From Nitrososphaeraceae archaeon (GTDB taxonomy: Archaea > Thermoproteota > Nitrososphaeria > Nitrososphaerales > Nitrososphaeraceae), in contig DATGZA010000079.1 of the NCBI GenBank assembly GCA_035297365.1, forward strand, positions 1 through 46,290: a DNA stretch of 46,290 nucleotides. Reading direction: 5' to 3'. Of the stretch, positions 28,744 through 39,188 are shown piece by piece (within the stretch, counting starts at the first letter, position 1; each line of letters starts with the position of its first letter). The notes under the pieces were generated by a model. The model was not told where the DNA came from and did no database searches. It saw nothing but the letters and a program-made list of their open reading frames with translations. The translations under genes and the position numbers were made by a program.

Positions 28744-29496
28744 TTGATTTTTGTAGCAACGACAAAAACACCTGAAGAATGGAAAGCAATAGCTTCCGCT
28801 ATCTCCACATTGGTGGATGAGGCTACTTTTGAAGCTTCTATAGAGGGGATATCTTTTAGGGGAATGGATCCTTCTCATGTTGCCCTTATTGATATTTTCT
28901 GGCCTAATTCGGCTTTTGAAAAATATGAATGTGACTCACTTGTAAAATTTGGAGTAAGAATAGACGAATTTTCAAAATTAATAAAAAGATCTGAGAAAAA
29001 AGATTCAGTGGAAATATCTATTGACCAAAATAGTATGTTATCTATTAAAATAAAAAATGGATATAAAAAAGAATACAAAATGCGTTTGATTGAGAGTTCT
29101 TCTAGTTCAACTCCCTTGCCAAAATTAAGTTTTAATTCTAAAATTATTTTATCCTCTAATGCTTTTGATAAAATCCTTTCAGATATTCAAGTCCTATCAG
29201 AATACATAACAATAGATGCTGGGCCTGAGACCGTTAGTTTTCTCGGAAGAGGCGATTCTGGAGAAGTAAATATACTCTTGGAACCAAAAAGCGAAGGTTT
29301 AGAAGAATTAACTTCAAAGGAAGACAGTTTAGCTACGTATAGCATAGATTACCTCTTGAAAATTACTAAAGCTATTAGCAGTGTTGGTGGTTCAGTTATT
29401 GCAGAATATTCAAGTAAGATGCCATTACGATTAGAGTTTACTGTAGCGAGTTTAGGAAGAATTCATTTTTATCTTGCTCCACGAATTCAAGATTGA
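28744..29496 (+). CDS. pcn: DNA polymerase sliding clamp PCNA
   Basis: LVDEATF, MDPSHVALI, YSIDYL, FYLAPRI. Confidence 0.97.
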   Translation: MIFVATTKTPEEWKAIASAISTLVDEATFEASIEGISFRGMDPSHVALIDIFWPNSAFEKYECDSLVKFGVRIDEFSKLIKRSEKKDSVEISIDQNSMLSIKIKNGYKKEYKMRLIESSSSSTPLPKLSFNSKIILSSNAFDKILSDIQVLSEYITIDAGPETVSFLGRGDSGEVNILLEPKSEGLEELTSKEDSLATYSIDYLLKITKAISSVGGSVIAEYSSKMPLRLEFTVASLGRIHFYLAPRIQD

Positions 29497-29605
29497 AATT
29501 AGTGACAATATCATAATATTATTATATTATTTTGATTATTATTATTTTATTGGTAAATTAATTTTATCGAAGGATTAATCTAGGAAACAAGAAAATATAA
29601 CATCT

Positions 29606-31003
29606 ATGCGAATTGTAATGAAGTTTGGTGGTACTTTGCTTGATAATGAAGATAAGCTCCGAAACGTAATAAACGTCATAAGCTCATATTATTCTGAAGG
29701 CAACGATATTGTTGTAATAATTTCTGCTCTAAATGGAATAACTGATAAAATTTTGGATTTATGTAAAGGCATTAAAAAAATTAATAAGAATATTATTAAT
29801 AATTTTGTGTCTAATATCGAAACAATTCATACAAGCCTGATAGAGAAAGTAATCACTAATTCAGAAAGAAAGGCTGAAATATTGGCAATCATAGCGAATC
29901 TGCTAAACGAATTCAAAGAAATTTTGGTAGGAATTTCGATTTTAGGAGAGATAACTCCAAAATCTCGAGACTACCTAGTATCTTTTGGCGAGAGGCTATC
30001 AACACCAATGGTGTCTTTTTCGTTAATAGATAAAGGATTAAAATCAGAATTTTTTAATGGAAAAGAAATAGGAATCCTGACTGATTCAAATTATGGTGAT
30101 GCCAAGCCCCTTATGGATACAACAAAATTAAGGGTGCGTCACAAGATAGAACCTTTAATTGCAGAAAAAATAATCCCAGTCATAACAGGATTTATTGGTT
30201 GTGATCAAAATGGAAATATTACTACCATAGGTAGAGGGGGTTCAGACTATTCTGCTACTATTATAGCGGCCAGCATAAATGCTGATGAGGTCTGGTTATG
30301 GAGTGACAGTGATGGATTAATGACTGCAGATCCGAAGATAGTAGAAAATGCCATGATGCTTGATGAACTATCTTTTTCGGAGGCATTAGAGTTATCGATG
30401 TTTGGTCCAAAGTACATGCATCCAAGAGCACTTGAACCTGTAATGGACTCGAAAATAGCTGTGAGAATTAGGAACATTAATAATTTAAAAAATAGTGGTA
30501 CAGTGATTCTACAAAATCCATCGAAAAACTCAACAAGAACAGTAAAATCTATCACAGCTATAGGACATACAGCATTAATAGATGTCAGTGGTGGGGGGCT
30601 AATTGGATATCCTGGTACTGCTGCAAAAATTTTTGATGCACTTGCTAAGAATCAAGTAAATATAATGATGATTTCACAGACACCTTCTGAATCCAGTATT
30701 TCTATTGTAGTAAAAGAAAATGATTTGGATAAGGCTATTACAACGCTGGAATTGAACTTTCTTGGAAAGTTAATCAAAAGAATAGATGTGAATGAAAATG
30801 TTGCCATAATAGCAGTAGTGGGGTCAGGAATGAGAGGAATAAAAGGAGTGGCAGCAAGAACATTTGGTGCAGTAGCAAAAAACAATATCAATGTAATAAT
30901 GATTGCTCAAGGTTCTTCAGAATTGAACTTAGCTTTTGTAATAGACGAAAACGATCGTAACAAAGCTGTTAAAGCTTTACATCAAGAATTTATAGGCAAG
31001 TGA
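29606..31003 (+). CDS. lysC: Aspartate kinase with two ACT domains
   Basis: VMKFGGT, SFGERLS, TTIGRGGSDYSA, DGLMTADP. Confidence 0.95.
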   Translation: MRIVMKFGGTLLDNEDKLRNVINVISSYYSEGNDIVVIISALNGITDKILDLCKGIKKINKNIINNFVSNIETIHTSLIEKVITNSERKAEILAIIANLLNEFKEILVGISILGEITPKSRDYLVSFGERLSTPMVSFSLIDKGLKSEFFNGKEIGILTDSNYGDAKPLMDTTKLRVRHKIEPLIAEKIIPVITGFIGCDQNGNITTIGRGGSDYSATIIAASINADEVWLWSDSDGLMTADPKIVENAMMLDELSFSEALELSMFGPKYMHPRALEPVMDSKIAVRIRNINNLKNSGTVILQNPSKNSTRTVKSITAIGHTALIDVSGGGLIGYPGTAAKIFDALAKNQVNIMMISQTPSESSISIVVKENDLDKAITTLELNFLGKLIKRIDVNENVAIIAVVGSGMRGIKGVAARTFGAVAKNNINVIMIAQGSSELNLAFVIDENDRNKAVKALHQEFIGK

Positions 31004-31064
31004 ATTCAGGAAAACACATAAAGAGATAAATTTTGTTGAATTGTAGGTATATTTAAGAATTTAG

Positions 31065-31856
31065 TTGAATGGAAAATTATATGTGGTGGGAGTAGGGCCT
31101 GGAAGTCATGACCATATGACATTTCGCGCTAAAAAAGTAATAGAAGAAAGTCAGGTAATTGTAGGATATGAGACTTATGTATCACTAGTTGAGGACTTGA
31201 TTGAAGGTAAGGAAGTATATAGATATGCAATGACACAAGAGGTGGATAGAGCAAATCAGGCTATAAGATTTGCTGAAGATGGAAAAATTGTGTCACTTGT
31301 ATCATCTGGAGATCCAGGAATTTATGGGATGATAGGTTTGATCTATGAGATTTTAGCTGAAAAAGGATGGAGCCGAGAAGATGGTATTTATGTTGAATGT
31401 GTTCCTGGGGTGTCTTCGTTGAATTCATGTGGAGCTCTAGTAGGATCGCCTTTGATGACAGATTTTGCTGTCGTTAGTATGAGTGATTTACTAGTCCCGT
31501 GGGAAATGATAGTGAAAAGAGTAGAGGCAGCAGCTATTGGTGACTATGTTACTGTAATTTATAACCCAGCGAGTAAAAAGAGAATACATCAATTAAAAGA
31601 TACAAGAGACATTTTCCTAAAACATAGAAGTGCTACTACTCCTGTTGCAATTGTAAAAGGAGCTTACAGAGAAAGTCAAAATATCGTAATAACTGATTTA
31701 GAAAATATGTTAGGCTATGATGAGATGATAGGAATGATTACTACAATAATAATCGGAAATTCTTCAACTTTTAATTATAAAGACATGATGATAAATCCGA
31801 GAGGATATAAATCAAAATACCAATTGATTAAACCTTCAAATATCGAAGCTACATGA
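31065..31856 (+). CDS. cbiH: Precorrin-3B C17-methyltransferase (CbiH/CobJ)
   Basis: VVGVGPG, VSSGDPGIYGM, SMSDLLVPW, YNPASKKR, NPRGY. Confidence 0.95.
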   Translation: MNGKLYVVGVGPGSHDHMTFRAKKVIEESQVIVGYETYVSLVEDLIEGKEVYRYAMTQEVDRANQAIRFAEDGKIVSLVSSGDPGIYGMIGLIYEILAEKGWSREDGIYVECVPGVSSLNSCGALVGSPLMTDFAVVSMSDLLVPWEMIVKRVEAAAIGDYVTVIYNPASKKRIHQLKDTRDIFLKHRSATTPVAIVKGAYRESQNIVITDLENMLGYDEMIGMITTIIIGNSSTFNYKDMMINPRGYKSKYQLIKPSNIEAT

Positions 31857-31949
31857 TTTCATTTATTACTTTTTAATACTTAGTAAAATATGATTTTTAT
31901 TTAAAATCTATTAAAAATTGTGTTGATCAAAAATACTAAATAAAAAAGA

Positions 31950-32996
31950 TTATTCAAAATTTGGCTCACGATTTTTAAAATGTCTTCTTATTGGATCTAT
32001 CACTTTATCGAGATAAATTGCTACTGATTGTTTCAGGTCTTGTGGATGAATTTTTTTGTTAAAATAATCAACTTCTAATTTGGGATATTCTTCATATGTA
32101 ATATTTCCTCCATACTTTTCAGGACGTTCTATTGTAAATTCTCCCATCTCTCTAAAAATAATATATTTTATTATTTCTAGAACTGGGTTATTTTCTGAAA
32201 TTCCAATCGGACAAAATGCTTTTTTAATCTTATTTTCTATACTTGTTGTATCATCATGAATAAAAATACTTCCAGTTGGTTTACTTTTGCTCATTTTACT
32301 AGAAATTTTTAGATCATCCTTGTTGTCTTCTGTAAGTCCTAGACTTACAGGTTCCAAGAGTCCAGGTAATAAGTGATGATGAAGACTAATGGGAACTTTC
32401 CATTTTAATTTAGGAAAAATTTCTCTTACCAGCATATGAATTTTTCTTTGATCGGTTCCTGCATGAACAAGGTCAAGATCAAGAGCATGGATGTCAGTTG
32501 ACTGCATGGCAGGATAGAGGAATTGTGAAAAATCGAGATTATCTTTCTCTGTTCTACCCATGATAGTCAAAGAGCGAATTGTTCTTGGTAAAGTTATCTG
32601 CTTACAAAAGTTCATAAAACTTTTCCAATAATCATCGTTGGATCTGTATAAGTTACTACCTAATACGACATTCACTCCAGGACAGAAGAAATCAAAGGCC
32701 ATTTTATAATAGTTAGATATTTCTTGGATCTTGTCCCAATCACTATTCAATTTATTATTAATGAAGGTATGCCAATCCGCTAAAAATACGGTTGTATGAA
32801 AATTCGCTTTGATAAGATCGTTTATCTTGAAACCTGTGAGGAGAAGACTTCCAAGATGAAGTTTTCCAGAAATTTCAAGTCCTATGTAATGTCTAGGTCT
32901 TGACACTGTTTGTAATAAGTTTCTTAGCTCTACCATTGTAATTATTTCTTCTGTTGGTCCTTTTAGGACAAGAGAAATTCGTCCTTCTAAATCCAT
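31950..32996 (-). CDS. tyrS: Tyrosine--tRNA ligase
   Basis: YIGLEISGKLHLG, ADWH, YPAMQSTD, GTDQRKIH, KMSKS. Confidence 0.96.
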   Translation of the reverse strand: MDLEGRISLVLKGPTEEIITMVELRNLLQTVSRPRHYIGLEISGKLHLGSLLLTGFKINDLIKANFHTTVFLADWHTFINNKLNSDWDKIQEISNYYKMAFDFFCPGVNVVLGSNLYRSNDDYWKSFMNFCKQITLPRTIRSLTIMGRTEKDNLDFSQFLYPAMQSTDIHALDLDLVHAGTDQRKIHMLVREIFPKLKWKVPISLHHHLLPGLLEPVSLGLTEDNKDDLKISSKMSKSKPTGSIFIHDDTTSIENKIKKAFCPIGISENNPVLEIIKYIIFREMGEFTIERPEKYGGNITYEEYPKLEVDYFNKKIHPQDLKQSVAIYLDKVIDPIRRHFKNREPNFE

Positions 32997-33289
32997 ATAA
33001 CCTTACGATAAAGTATTAGTAATTAATTTTTGCTCATATCTCAAACTCGCATATTTTGCAATAATCAGTTCGAGTAATGAATAGAATTAATTAAGAGTAC
33101 AATTTACAATCGGTAAAGTCTAGTTCATTAGAAAAACCTATGCCAATTCTTATCCACAATATAAAATGTTATCTCTCAAATATCACCAGATATAGATACT
33201 ACATCTAATCATTCGATTGAATTGATTAAATCCAGATGTATTGCCATTTAATCTTTCTTATAGATAGATTCACTCTTGTTAACAAATGT

Positions 33290-34035
33290 TCTAGGAATGT
33301 TAAAGCTACATAATACCTAATTAGGATGTGTTTTAACCATATCTCTTCCTGATGAAAGTTGGTGTACCCTTAATCAGGTACTATTTTTCATTATCATTAT
33401 GCAAATAGATCTTTGAAGATATGGTTTTTGGCACTGTGTCCGTACTTTGTACTGTGGGCTGGATATTCTATAAGAAAGTTATCGCTTGAGGTAGTTGAAC
33501 CAATTTCAAGATGCTATCTTTTTATCCGAAAATTTATGGAAAAATTATCTTTAACATCATCATCTTCTTCTGCTAAACTTAGTGGTATGTTGAAGGTGAA
33601 TTCTATATGAAGGCTGGACTGAAGGGAAGGCGATATACAGAAAAGACAGAGAAACCAGGAAAAAAACCCAGCAAAAGATTGCTCACCGTGAAAGAGGAAA
33701 AGATTGCTCACCATGCAGGGGTAGAGGTACATATTACAAGGATTATCCAATGATACCATGAATTCACCAAAGGAATGCAATGACATATTTTGATGTTCAT
33801 CTATATAAGTCACTTCTTGGTATTATATACACCAGAATTGAATATGGTTGCACCATATTTACCGATGAATATAAAGCATATGATCATCTGTAAGAACATG
33901 GCATCAAACACAAAAGTGTAATGCATTAACTTACAGGTATATTCCAAAGTATTACAAAGTATTACAATTCATTCATAATAATAGAGACAAGACAAGAAAG
34001 GAAAGGTTCATGGAGATTCTTAGTACAAACACCTA
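33290..34035 (+). pseudogene. Decayed IS1595-family transposase
   Basis: Frameshifted segments GTIFHY, KLSG/VEGEFYMKAGLKGR, RGRGTY..D.P, TIFTDEYKAYDHL*..G.KHKSV.H, QFIHNNR; stops and an internal 15-bp duplication. Confidence 0.78.
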
Positions 34036-34284
34036 AGCCATCCAGAATAAGAGCTAATAGATTATTAGATTCAAATTATTTTTATAAATGAAAACGAGTA
34101 TTGCTTATGGTTAGGAGACTAATCTTAAAAAAAATGAAAATAATAATATATTAAATTTTTTTCCCCAAAATAACAATTATTTATGAAGAAAATAACATAG
34201 TCTTGAAAGTAAATTTAATACAATCCTAAAAAAAATAGTAAAAAAATACGAATATAAGCCTAAAAATATTGTCCTAGTGTAAAA

Positions 34285-35382
34285 ATGATATTATTAGAGT
34301 ATCAAGGAAAGGAGATTTTTAGTTCATATGGTATCAAAATACCTAAATCACATTTAGCAAGCAATGTATACGAAGCAATCGAAGCAGCAAAAGATATTGG
34401 TTTTCCTCTTGTATTAAAGTCACAATTAACGGTGGGAGGAAGAGGAAAAGCAGGTGCAATTTTAAAATGTAGAACAGAAGAAGAAATAAAGCAGAAATTT
34501 GAAGAGTTAATGAAAAAAGAGGTTAAAGGGGAGTTGCCGAAATCAATTCTTTTAGAAGAAATGGCAGACATTAGAAAAGAATTCTATTTGTCATTTTTTC
34601 TTAACCGTACCAAAAGATGTTATTCCATAATAGCATCTTCGCAAGGTGGAGTAGAAATTGAGAGTGTTAAGGATAGAATAATAATGGACGTTCCAATAGA
34701 TGGAATAACTTCTGACTTGGCATCAAGTGTTGCTAATGATATAGGACTTGCGGGTAATGAGAAAATTGCTTTTATTGAATTTATTCAAAAATTGTCAAAA
34801 TTAATTTATGAAAAGGAAGCAGAATTGGCAGAAATTAATCCGCTAGCGCTTCTTGGTGATGGAACTTTTGTAGCACTCGATGCAAAAGTTATACTAGATG
34901 ATAATGCACTATTCAGGCATGAAGACTTGAAGAAGTACGAAAAACTTTCCGAACTTGAATCACAAGCCAAAGAGAATGGATTCTCATTTGTTGAATTGGA
35001 TGGAGATATTGCAATAATAGGGAACGGAGCAGGTCTAGTTATGTCAACATTAGATATGGTTACAGATGCAGGTGGGAATGCAGGTGCGTTCCTGGACTTC
35101 GGAGGAAGAGCAACCACAGAATCCATTTATCAAGCATTAAAAGTAATAAGTAAAGTAAAAAAAATTAAAACGATACTAGTTAACTTGTTTGGAGGGATAG
35201 TAAGAACGGATCTGGTAGCGCAAGCGATTTTAAAAGCATATTACGATAACACAATTCAGGTTCCGGTATTTGCAAGAATTACTGGAGCAGAATCTGAAAA
35301 GGCAAGAGAGATGTTAAAGGAAAGTAAGGCAAAGTTATTCAATACAGTAGAAGAAGCAATAAATGCGGCAGTAAAATATTGA
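34285..35382 (+). CDS. sucC: Succinyl-CoA synthetase beta subunit
   Basis: LLEYQGK, GGRGKAG, EINPL, DDNALFRH, GNGAGLVMSTLD. Confidence 0.96.
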   Translation: MILLEYQGKEIFSSYGIKIPKSHLASNVYEAIEAAKDIGFPLVLKSQLTVGGRGKAGAILKCRTEEEIKQKFEELMKKEVKGELPKSILLEEMADIRKEFYLSFFLNRTKRCYSIIASSQGGVEIESVKDRIIMDVPIDGITSDLASSVANDIGLAGNEKIAFIEFIQKLSKLIYEKEAELAEINPLALLGDGTFVALDAKVILDDNALFRHEDLKKYEKLSELESQAKENGFSFVELDGDIAIIGNGAGLVMSTLDMVTDAGGNAGAFLDFGGRATTESIYQALKVISKVKKIKTILVNLFGGIVRTDLVAQAILKAYYDNTIQVPVFARITGAESEKAREMLKESKAKLFNTVEEAINAAVKY

Positions 35383-35401
35383 GTAAAGTGTTGAAAGTAA
35401 A

Positions 35402-36319
35402 ATGAGTAATAAGTTTGATTTATTTGATATTTTAATAGGAAAGGAAAGCGATGATGATTTTAAGAAAAAACCCGTTATCATTCAAGGAATGACAGGAAGT
35501 TTTGGATCCACACACACCAGGCTAATGAAAGAATATGGTACAAACATAGTTGCAGGTATTACACCTGGTAAAGGAGGACAATTTTTTGAAGGAATACCAG
35601 TTTGTGACACAGTTAAAGAAGCCGTGGAAGGAACAGCTGCCAAAATTTCTGGAATTTTCGTCCCTGCACCATTCTTTCTTGGTGCTGCAAAAGAAGCTAT
35701 AGATAATGGAATAAAATTGCTAGTTGCAATTCCAGAACATGTTCCACTTATAGACTCTTTAAAAATTTTAGAATATGCTAAAAAAAAAGGGGCGATAATG
35801 GTCGGTCCAAATACTCCAGGGATCATTGTCCCAGAAGTTATGAAAGTAGGAATAATGCCCGCTAAACCATTTGTTCAAGGGTCAACAGCTGTATTTTCAA
35901 GAAGTGGGACGTTAATGTATGAAGTATCTCATACATTAACTCAATCAGGATATGGACAGAGAATTTGCTTCGGAATAGGGGGAGATCCCATAAATGGAAC
36001 TAACCTAATCGAGGCATTTAATCTTGTAAGAGATAAAGACGATATTAATTCCATAGTGGTTGTTGGAGAGATTGGTGGAGATGCAGAAGAAAAGCTTGCA
36101 GAATATATAATATCAACAAATTTTGAAAAGCCAGTTGTGGCGTATGTCGCTGGCAGAGCTGCACCAAAAGAAAAAAAAATGGGGCATGCAGGAGCTATTG
36201 TATACGGAAACTATGGATCAGCAGAATCGAAAGTCTCAAATTACGCAAGAGCAAGCGTACCTGTTGCGAAAAGACCTGGAGAGGTTCCGGATCTTTTAAC
36301 AAGCAGACTGAAAAAATAA
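35402..36319 (+). CDS. sucD: Succinyl-CoA synthetase alpha subunit
   Basis: QGMTG, GPNTPG, SRSGTL, GIGGDP, MGHAGA. Confidence 0.96.
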   Translation: MSNKFDLFDILIGKESDDDFKKKPVIIQGMTGSFGSTHTRLMKEYGTNIVAGITPGKGGQFFEGIPVCDTVKEAVEGTAAKISGIFVPAPFFLGAAKEAIDNGIKLLVAIPEHVPLIDSLKILEYAKKKGAIMVGPNTPGIIVPEVMKVGIMPAKPFVQGSTAVFSRSGTLMYEVSHTLTQSGYGQRICFGIGGDPINGTNLIEAFNLVRDKDDINSIVVVGEIGGDAEEKLAEYIISTNFEKPVVAYVAGRAAPKEKKMGHAGAIVYGNYGSAESKVSNYARASVPVAKRPGEVPDLLTSRLKK

Positions 36320-36329
36320 GAGTTTGAAT

Positions 36330-36359
36330 AATCAAAAAAACAAATGTTTTTTGATTTTT
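36330..36359 (+). terminator. Possible terminator after sucD
   Basis: Near-perfect AT-rich inverted repeat AATCAAAAAAAC-aaat-GTTTTTTGATT containing T-runs. Confidence 0.4.
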
Positions 36360-36381
36360 CTATTAAGCATGAAAATTGAAT

Positions 36382-36555
36382 TTGAATACTGAAAAAAGGT
36401 TTTGCGATAAATGTATGGAAAAAACTGTTCATGAAATAGTGGAGAATGAGGAATCGGTTTATACATACAAACGTAGAAGAATTTATAAATGTCAAAAATG
36501 TGGTAACACTACCTACAAGAGAGGTTTAAGACCCTCTGCTGAATCGGTATACTAA
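36382..36555 (+). CDS. Unannotated 57-aa zinc-ribbon microprotein (TTG start; alternative TTG at 36376)
   Basis: Translated by hand: MNTEKRFCDKCMEKTVHEIVENEESVYTYKRRRIYKCQKCGNTTYKRGLRPSAESVY; two CxxC knuckles. Confidence 0.78.
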   Translation: MNTEKRFCDKCMEKTVHEIVENEESVYTYKRRRIYKCQKCGNTTYKRGLRPSAESVY

Positions 36556-36587
36556 TTAGGACATTATAATGCGTGTAAGGTGTATAC

Positions 36588-37406
36588 ATGGGAATATTAG
36601 AAAATTTAGCTGAAGCTAGAAAAGTTTATTTTAATAGAATACAGCCGAAAAGTATCATATCAGAAATAATTCCAAATTATTATTCAGAAAGTTTTCCCAT
36701 CAATAACCAATTACTTGATAAATTGCATGAATTTGTAAATTATAATCCGATATATTTCAAAAAAACAAATGTATTCGTTAACAATATCGAATTTACATCC
36801 TGCGAGGGAGATGTAAATACGTTTTACTTAAATGCGAAGAAATATGATACTAGTTATCAGCCTTTTTATCCTACATGGATTTTTTCAGCACTGTTAATCT
36901 GTGAGAGATTAAGATTAGATGACATGAAATGTAAAGAAATAATAGACATAGGGTCAGGGGATGGAAGAATCCCATTTTGTGGAGCATTATTGGGACTATC
37001 TTCTATTGGATTAGAGCTGGACGATAGTCTTACCCAGCTTCAGAGACAGATCTCAGAAAGTACAAGGGTTCCATTCGAAATAATCAATGCAGATGGTAGT
37101 GATTACGACTTCTCAAATCAAGAATTGTCCAGACCATGTTTTATCATATCTGCATTACCAGAGATGGGAGAGATGTTTGTAGAAAATATTATAAAAAGAA
37201 TAAAGGAGAGAAGAATAGAATCTTTTGTAATTATTTTTTTGGCAAGTTCGGTAAAAAGAAGATTTTCAAATGATATGTCTCATTTTGGATGGGGAAAAAT
37301 AATGGAAAAAAACAATTTAAAAATAAACGATTCTTTAAATCTTCCAACACATTGGACAAATGAAAATGCCGATGAAACAATATACCTGTTTACGAAGCAA
37401 GGATAA
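36588..37406 (+). CDS. Class I SAM-dependent methyltransferase-like protein
   Basis: Motif I IIDIGSGDGRI, post-I GLELD, motif II INADG. Confidence 0.8.
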   Translation: MGILENLAEARKVYFNRIQPKSIISEIIPNYYSESFPINNQLLDKLHEFVNYNPIYFKKTNVFVNNIEFTSCEGDVNTFYLNAKKYDTSYQPFYPTWIFSALLICERLRLDDMKCKEIIDIGSGDGRIPFCGALLGLSSIGLELDDSLTQLQRQISESTRVPFEIINADGSDYDFSNQELSRPCFIISALPEMGEMFVENIIKRIKERRIESFVIIFLASSVKRRFSNDMSHFGWGKIMEKNNLKINDSLNLPTHWTNENADETIYLFTKQG

Positions 37407-37801
37407 CATAATAAGACATCAGAGACTTGAACAAGGCGAAGAATTAACATTTTTAATTTTAAAATTAGTATTTTATACCCATAGGTTCTTTATTGCTGTT
37501 GGAAAACCGCTTTTAGTTAGAAAACGAAAAATAAAAAAACAATTTGAAATACTTTATATCCTCAAATTATTATCCCTACGGTAAAGAAATAAAAATTGGC
37601 ACCTAAACTAAGGTTCAGGTAATCTGATTCAATATTATTTTCTATAATATGAAATATCACTGGATACTGAACTTTAATAGCTTGAACTATAAAAACTGCC
37701 GTAGCGATATTATCATATTTAAAAATCGTTATTATTTGTTTTTATGGTATGTTTTTATTTTTTATTTTTGATATTTAATAAAAATAAATTTATATTAATT
37801 A

Positions 37802-38527
37802 GTGACTGTTGAAATAAACAATAACTTGCATTATTGGTTAGGTTCACTTTGTAAAATTTACGACATCGATAATAAGAGGAAATTATATTTTCCAAATAAC
37901 AGTGTAGCAATATCAGATAACATCAAAATTATAGATGACCAAGGAAACAACATTCCGGATAAATCATGGATGCTTTACCTCTTAGAACTATTTAACATAC
38001 AAAATCATCCGATAGAATTAAACTTGATTTGCCAGTTCGATAACAAGAACTATTTTGAAGCAATTTTTTTAGGCAAAAATAGATACAGATTTAGAGAAAT
38101 TTTTCCAGTAATTGGACATTCATATCAACGTGTAATATTAATTAATAAAAACAATCACAGAATTGACTATATTCTAAAAGATAAAACAACAGATAAAATT
38201 GAAATTTTTTACTATCATTTGAATGGAATTGATTTTAATTATAAAATGTTAAATCAGTTTACAGGAATTGAGTGGTGGAATAAAATTGGATCTTTTCCAT
38301 ACCCGATTAGGTATCAAGTAGAATTCTCTCAGATTATGTTTGGATATGAGGATAAACAAGACAACGAATCGATAACGTTCGTACCACATAATTCGCTGAT
38401 ACCAAACAAAGATGATTTTGGAAGAGAATATCCCATTTTATTTCAAGAGGTAAAAATTAGGGATGGATGTATATCTTATATAGTAAAAAATGGCTCTTGT
38501 AAAAAAGGAATCAAATATAATTGCTAA
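37802..38527 (+). CDS. Hypothetical protein
   Basis: 241-aa open frame in very AT-rich DNA, GTG start, TATA-like element upstream. Confidence 0.7.
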   Translation: MTVEINNNLHYWLGSLCKIYDIDNKRKLYFPNNSVAISDNIKIIDDQGNNIPDKSWMLYLLELFNIQNHPIELNLICQFDNKNYFEAIFLGKNRYRFREIFPVIGHSYQRVILINKNNHRIDYILKDKTTDKIEIFYYHLNGIDFNYKMLNQFTGIEWWNKIGSFPYPIRYQVEFSQIMFGYEDKQDNESITFVPHNSLIPNKDDFGREYPILFQEVKIRDGCISYIVKNGSCKKGIKYNC

Positions 38528-38713
38528 GAATTCTTCTTCTAGATCATGCAATTTTTCTAATTTAAAGATATAGAACGTGTTTGACACTTCCCCTTAAATA
38601 TCTATAAATTTGCATTCAGAAAGCAATATCGTAACGATAGTACTTAAAATCCATGTTTATTATGCCGGAATTGTCTCAAGATTCTCTAATTTTGTGTACA
38701 TTGAACACTGAAT

Positions 38714-39037
38714 TCATAACCAAGACCAATGAGTCAAATTTCTTATATTACATTGTTTCTTTATCACTGTTTTTGCTTTATTTGAAGCTTCATATTCATC
38801 TCCTGTTTTTTTTAAGTAGTATACGAATAATTTTTCATAAAGTTCTTTTGCTTTTTCTTCATTAAACTCTTTATAATGTGGTTTTCTTGTATTTCCGCTT
38901 CCATCTATCGACTTTATTAGCCAGTTTTCCTTCACTTCCAATCCTTTTAAAAGGAGATATTCTTTCTTACATTTTTCACATCTTTCATCAAAAAAAGAAT
39001 TATGATAAGAACAAGACTCCATATGTAAGTACAGCAA
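38714..39037 (-). CDS. Hypothetical protein with N-terminal CxxH/CxxC
   Basis: CSYH..CEKC followed by a helical C-terminal part ending HWSWL. Confidence 0.65.
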   Translation of the reverse strand: MLYLHMESCSYHNSFFDERCEKCKKEYLLLKGLEVKENWLIKSIDGSGNTRKPHYKEFNEEKAKELYEKLFVYYLKKTGDEYEASNKAKTVIKKQCNIRNLTHWSWL

Positions 39038-39188
39038 ATAACATATAAAAATATTAAGAGTTATAAGATAGTTTTTATTTTACGTTGGAATCGTGTTAAC
39101 TATATTATATTTGTGGATAAACATTATAACTATCAAATATTAAATATTAAATACTAAGATTTAATAAATTAAATAGAAATTATTTTAC

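Noticed and set aside
29497-29605. ATT-rich run as a repeat array or CRISPR
   Set aside because: Low-complexity intergenic DNA with no regular repeat-spacer structure; no CRISPR array was seen anywhere in the window
33413-33813. ORFs 33413-33610 and 33514-33813 as independent genes
   Set aside because: They are a fragment and an antisense shadow of the IS1595 pseudogene
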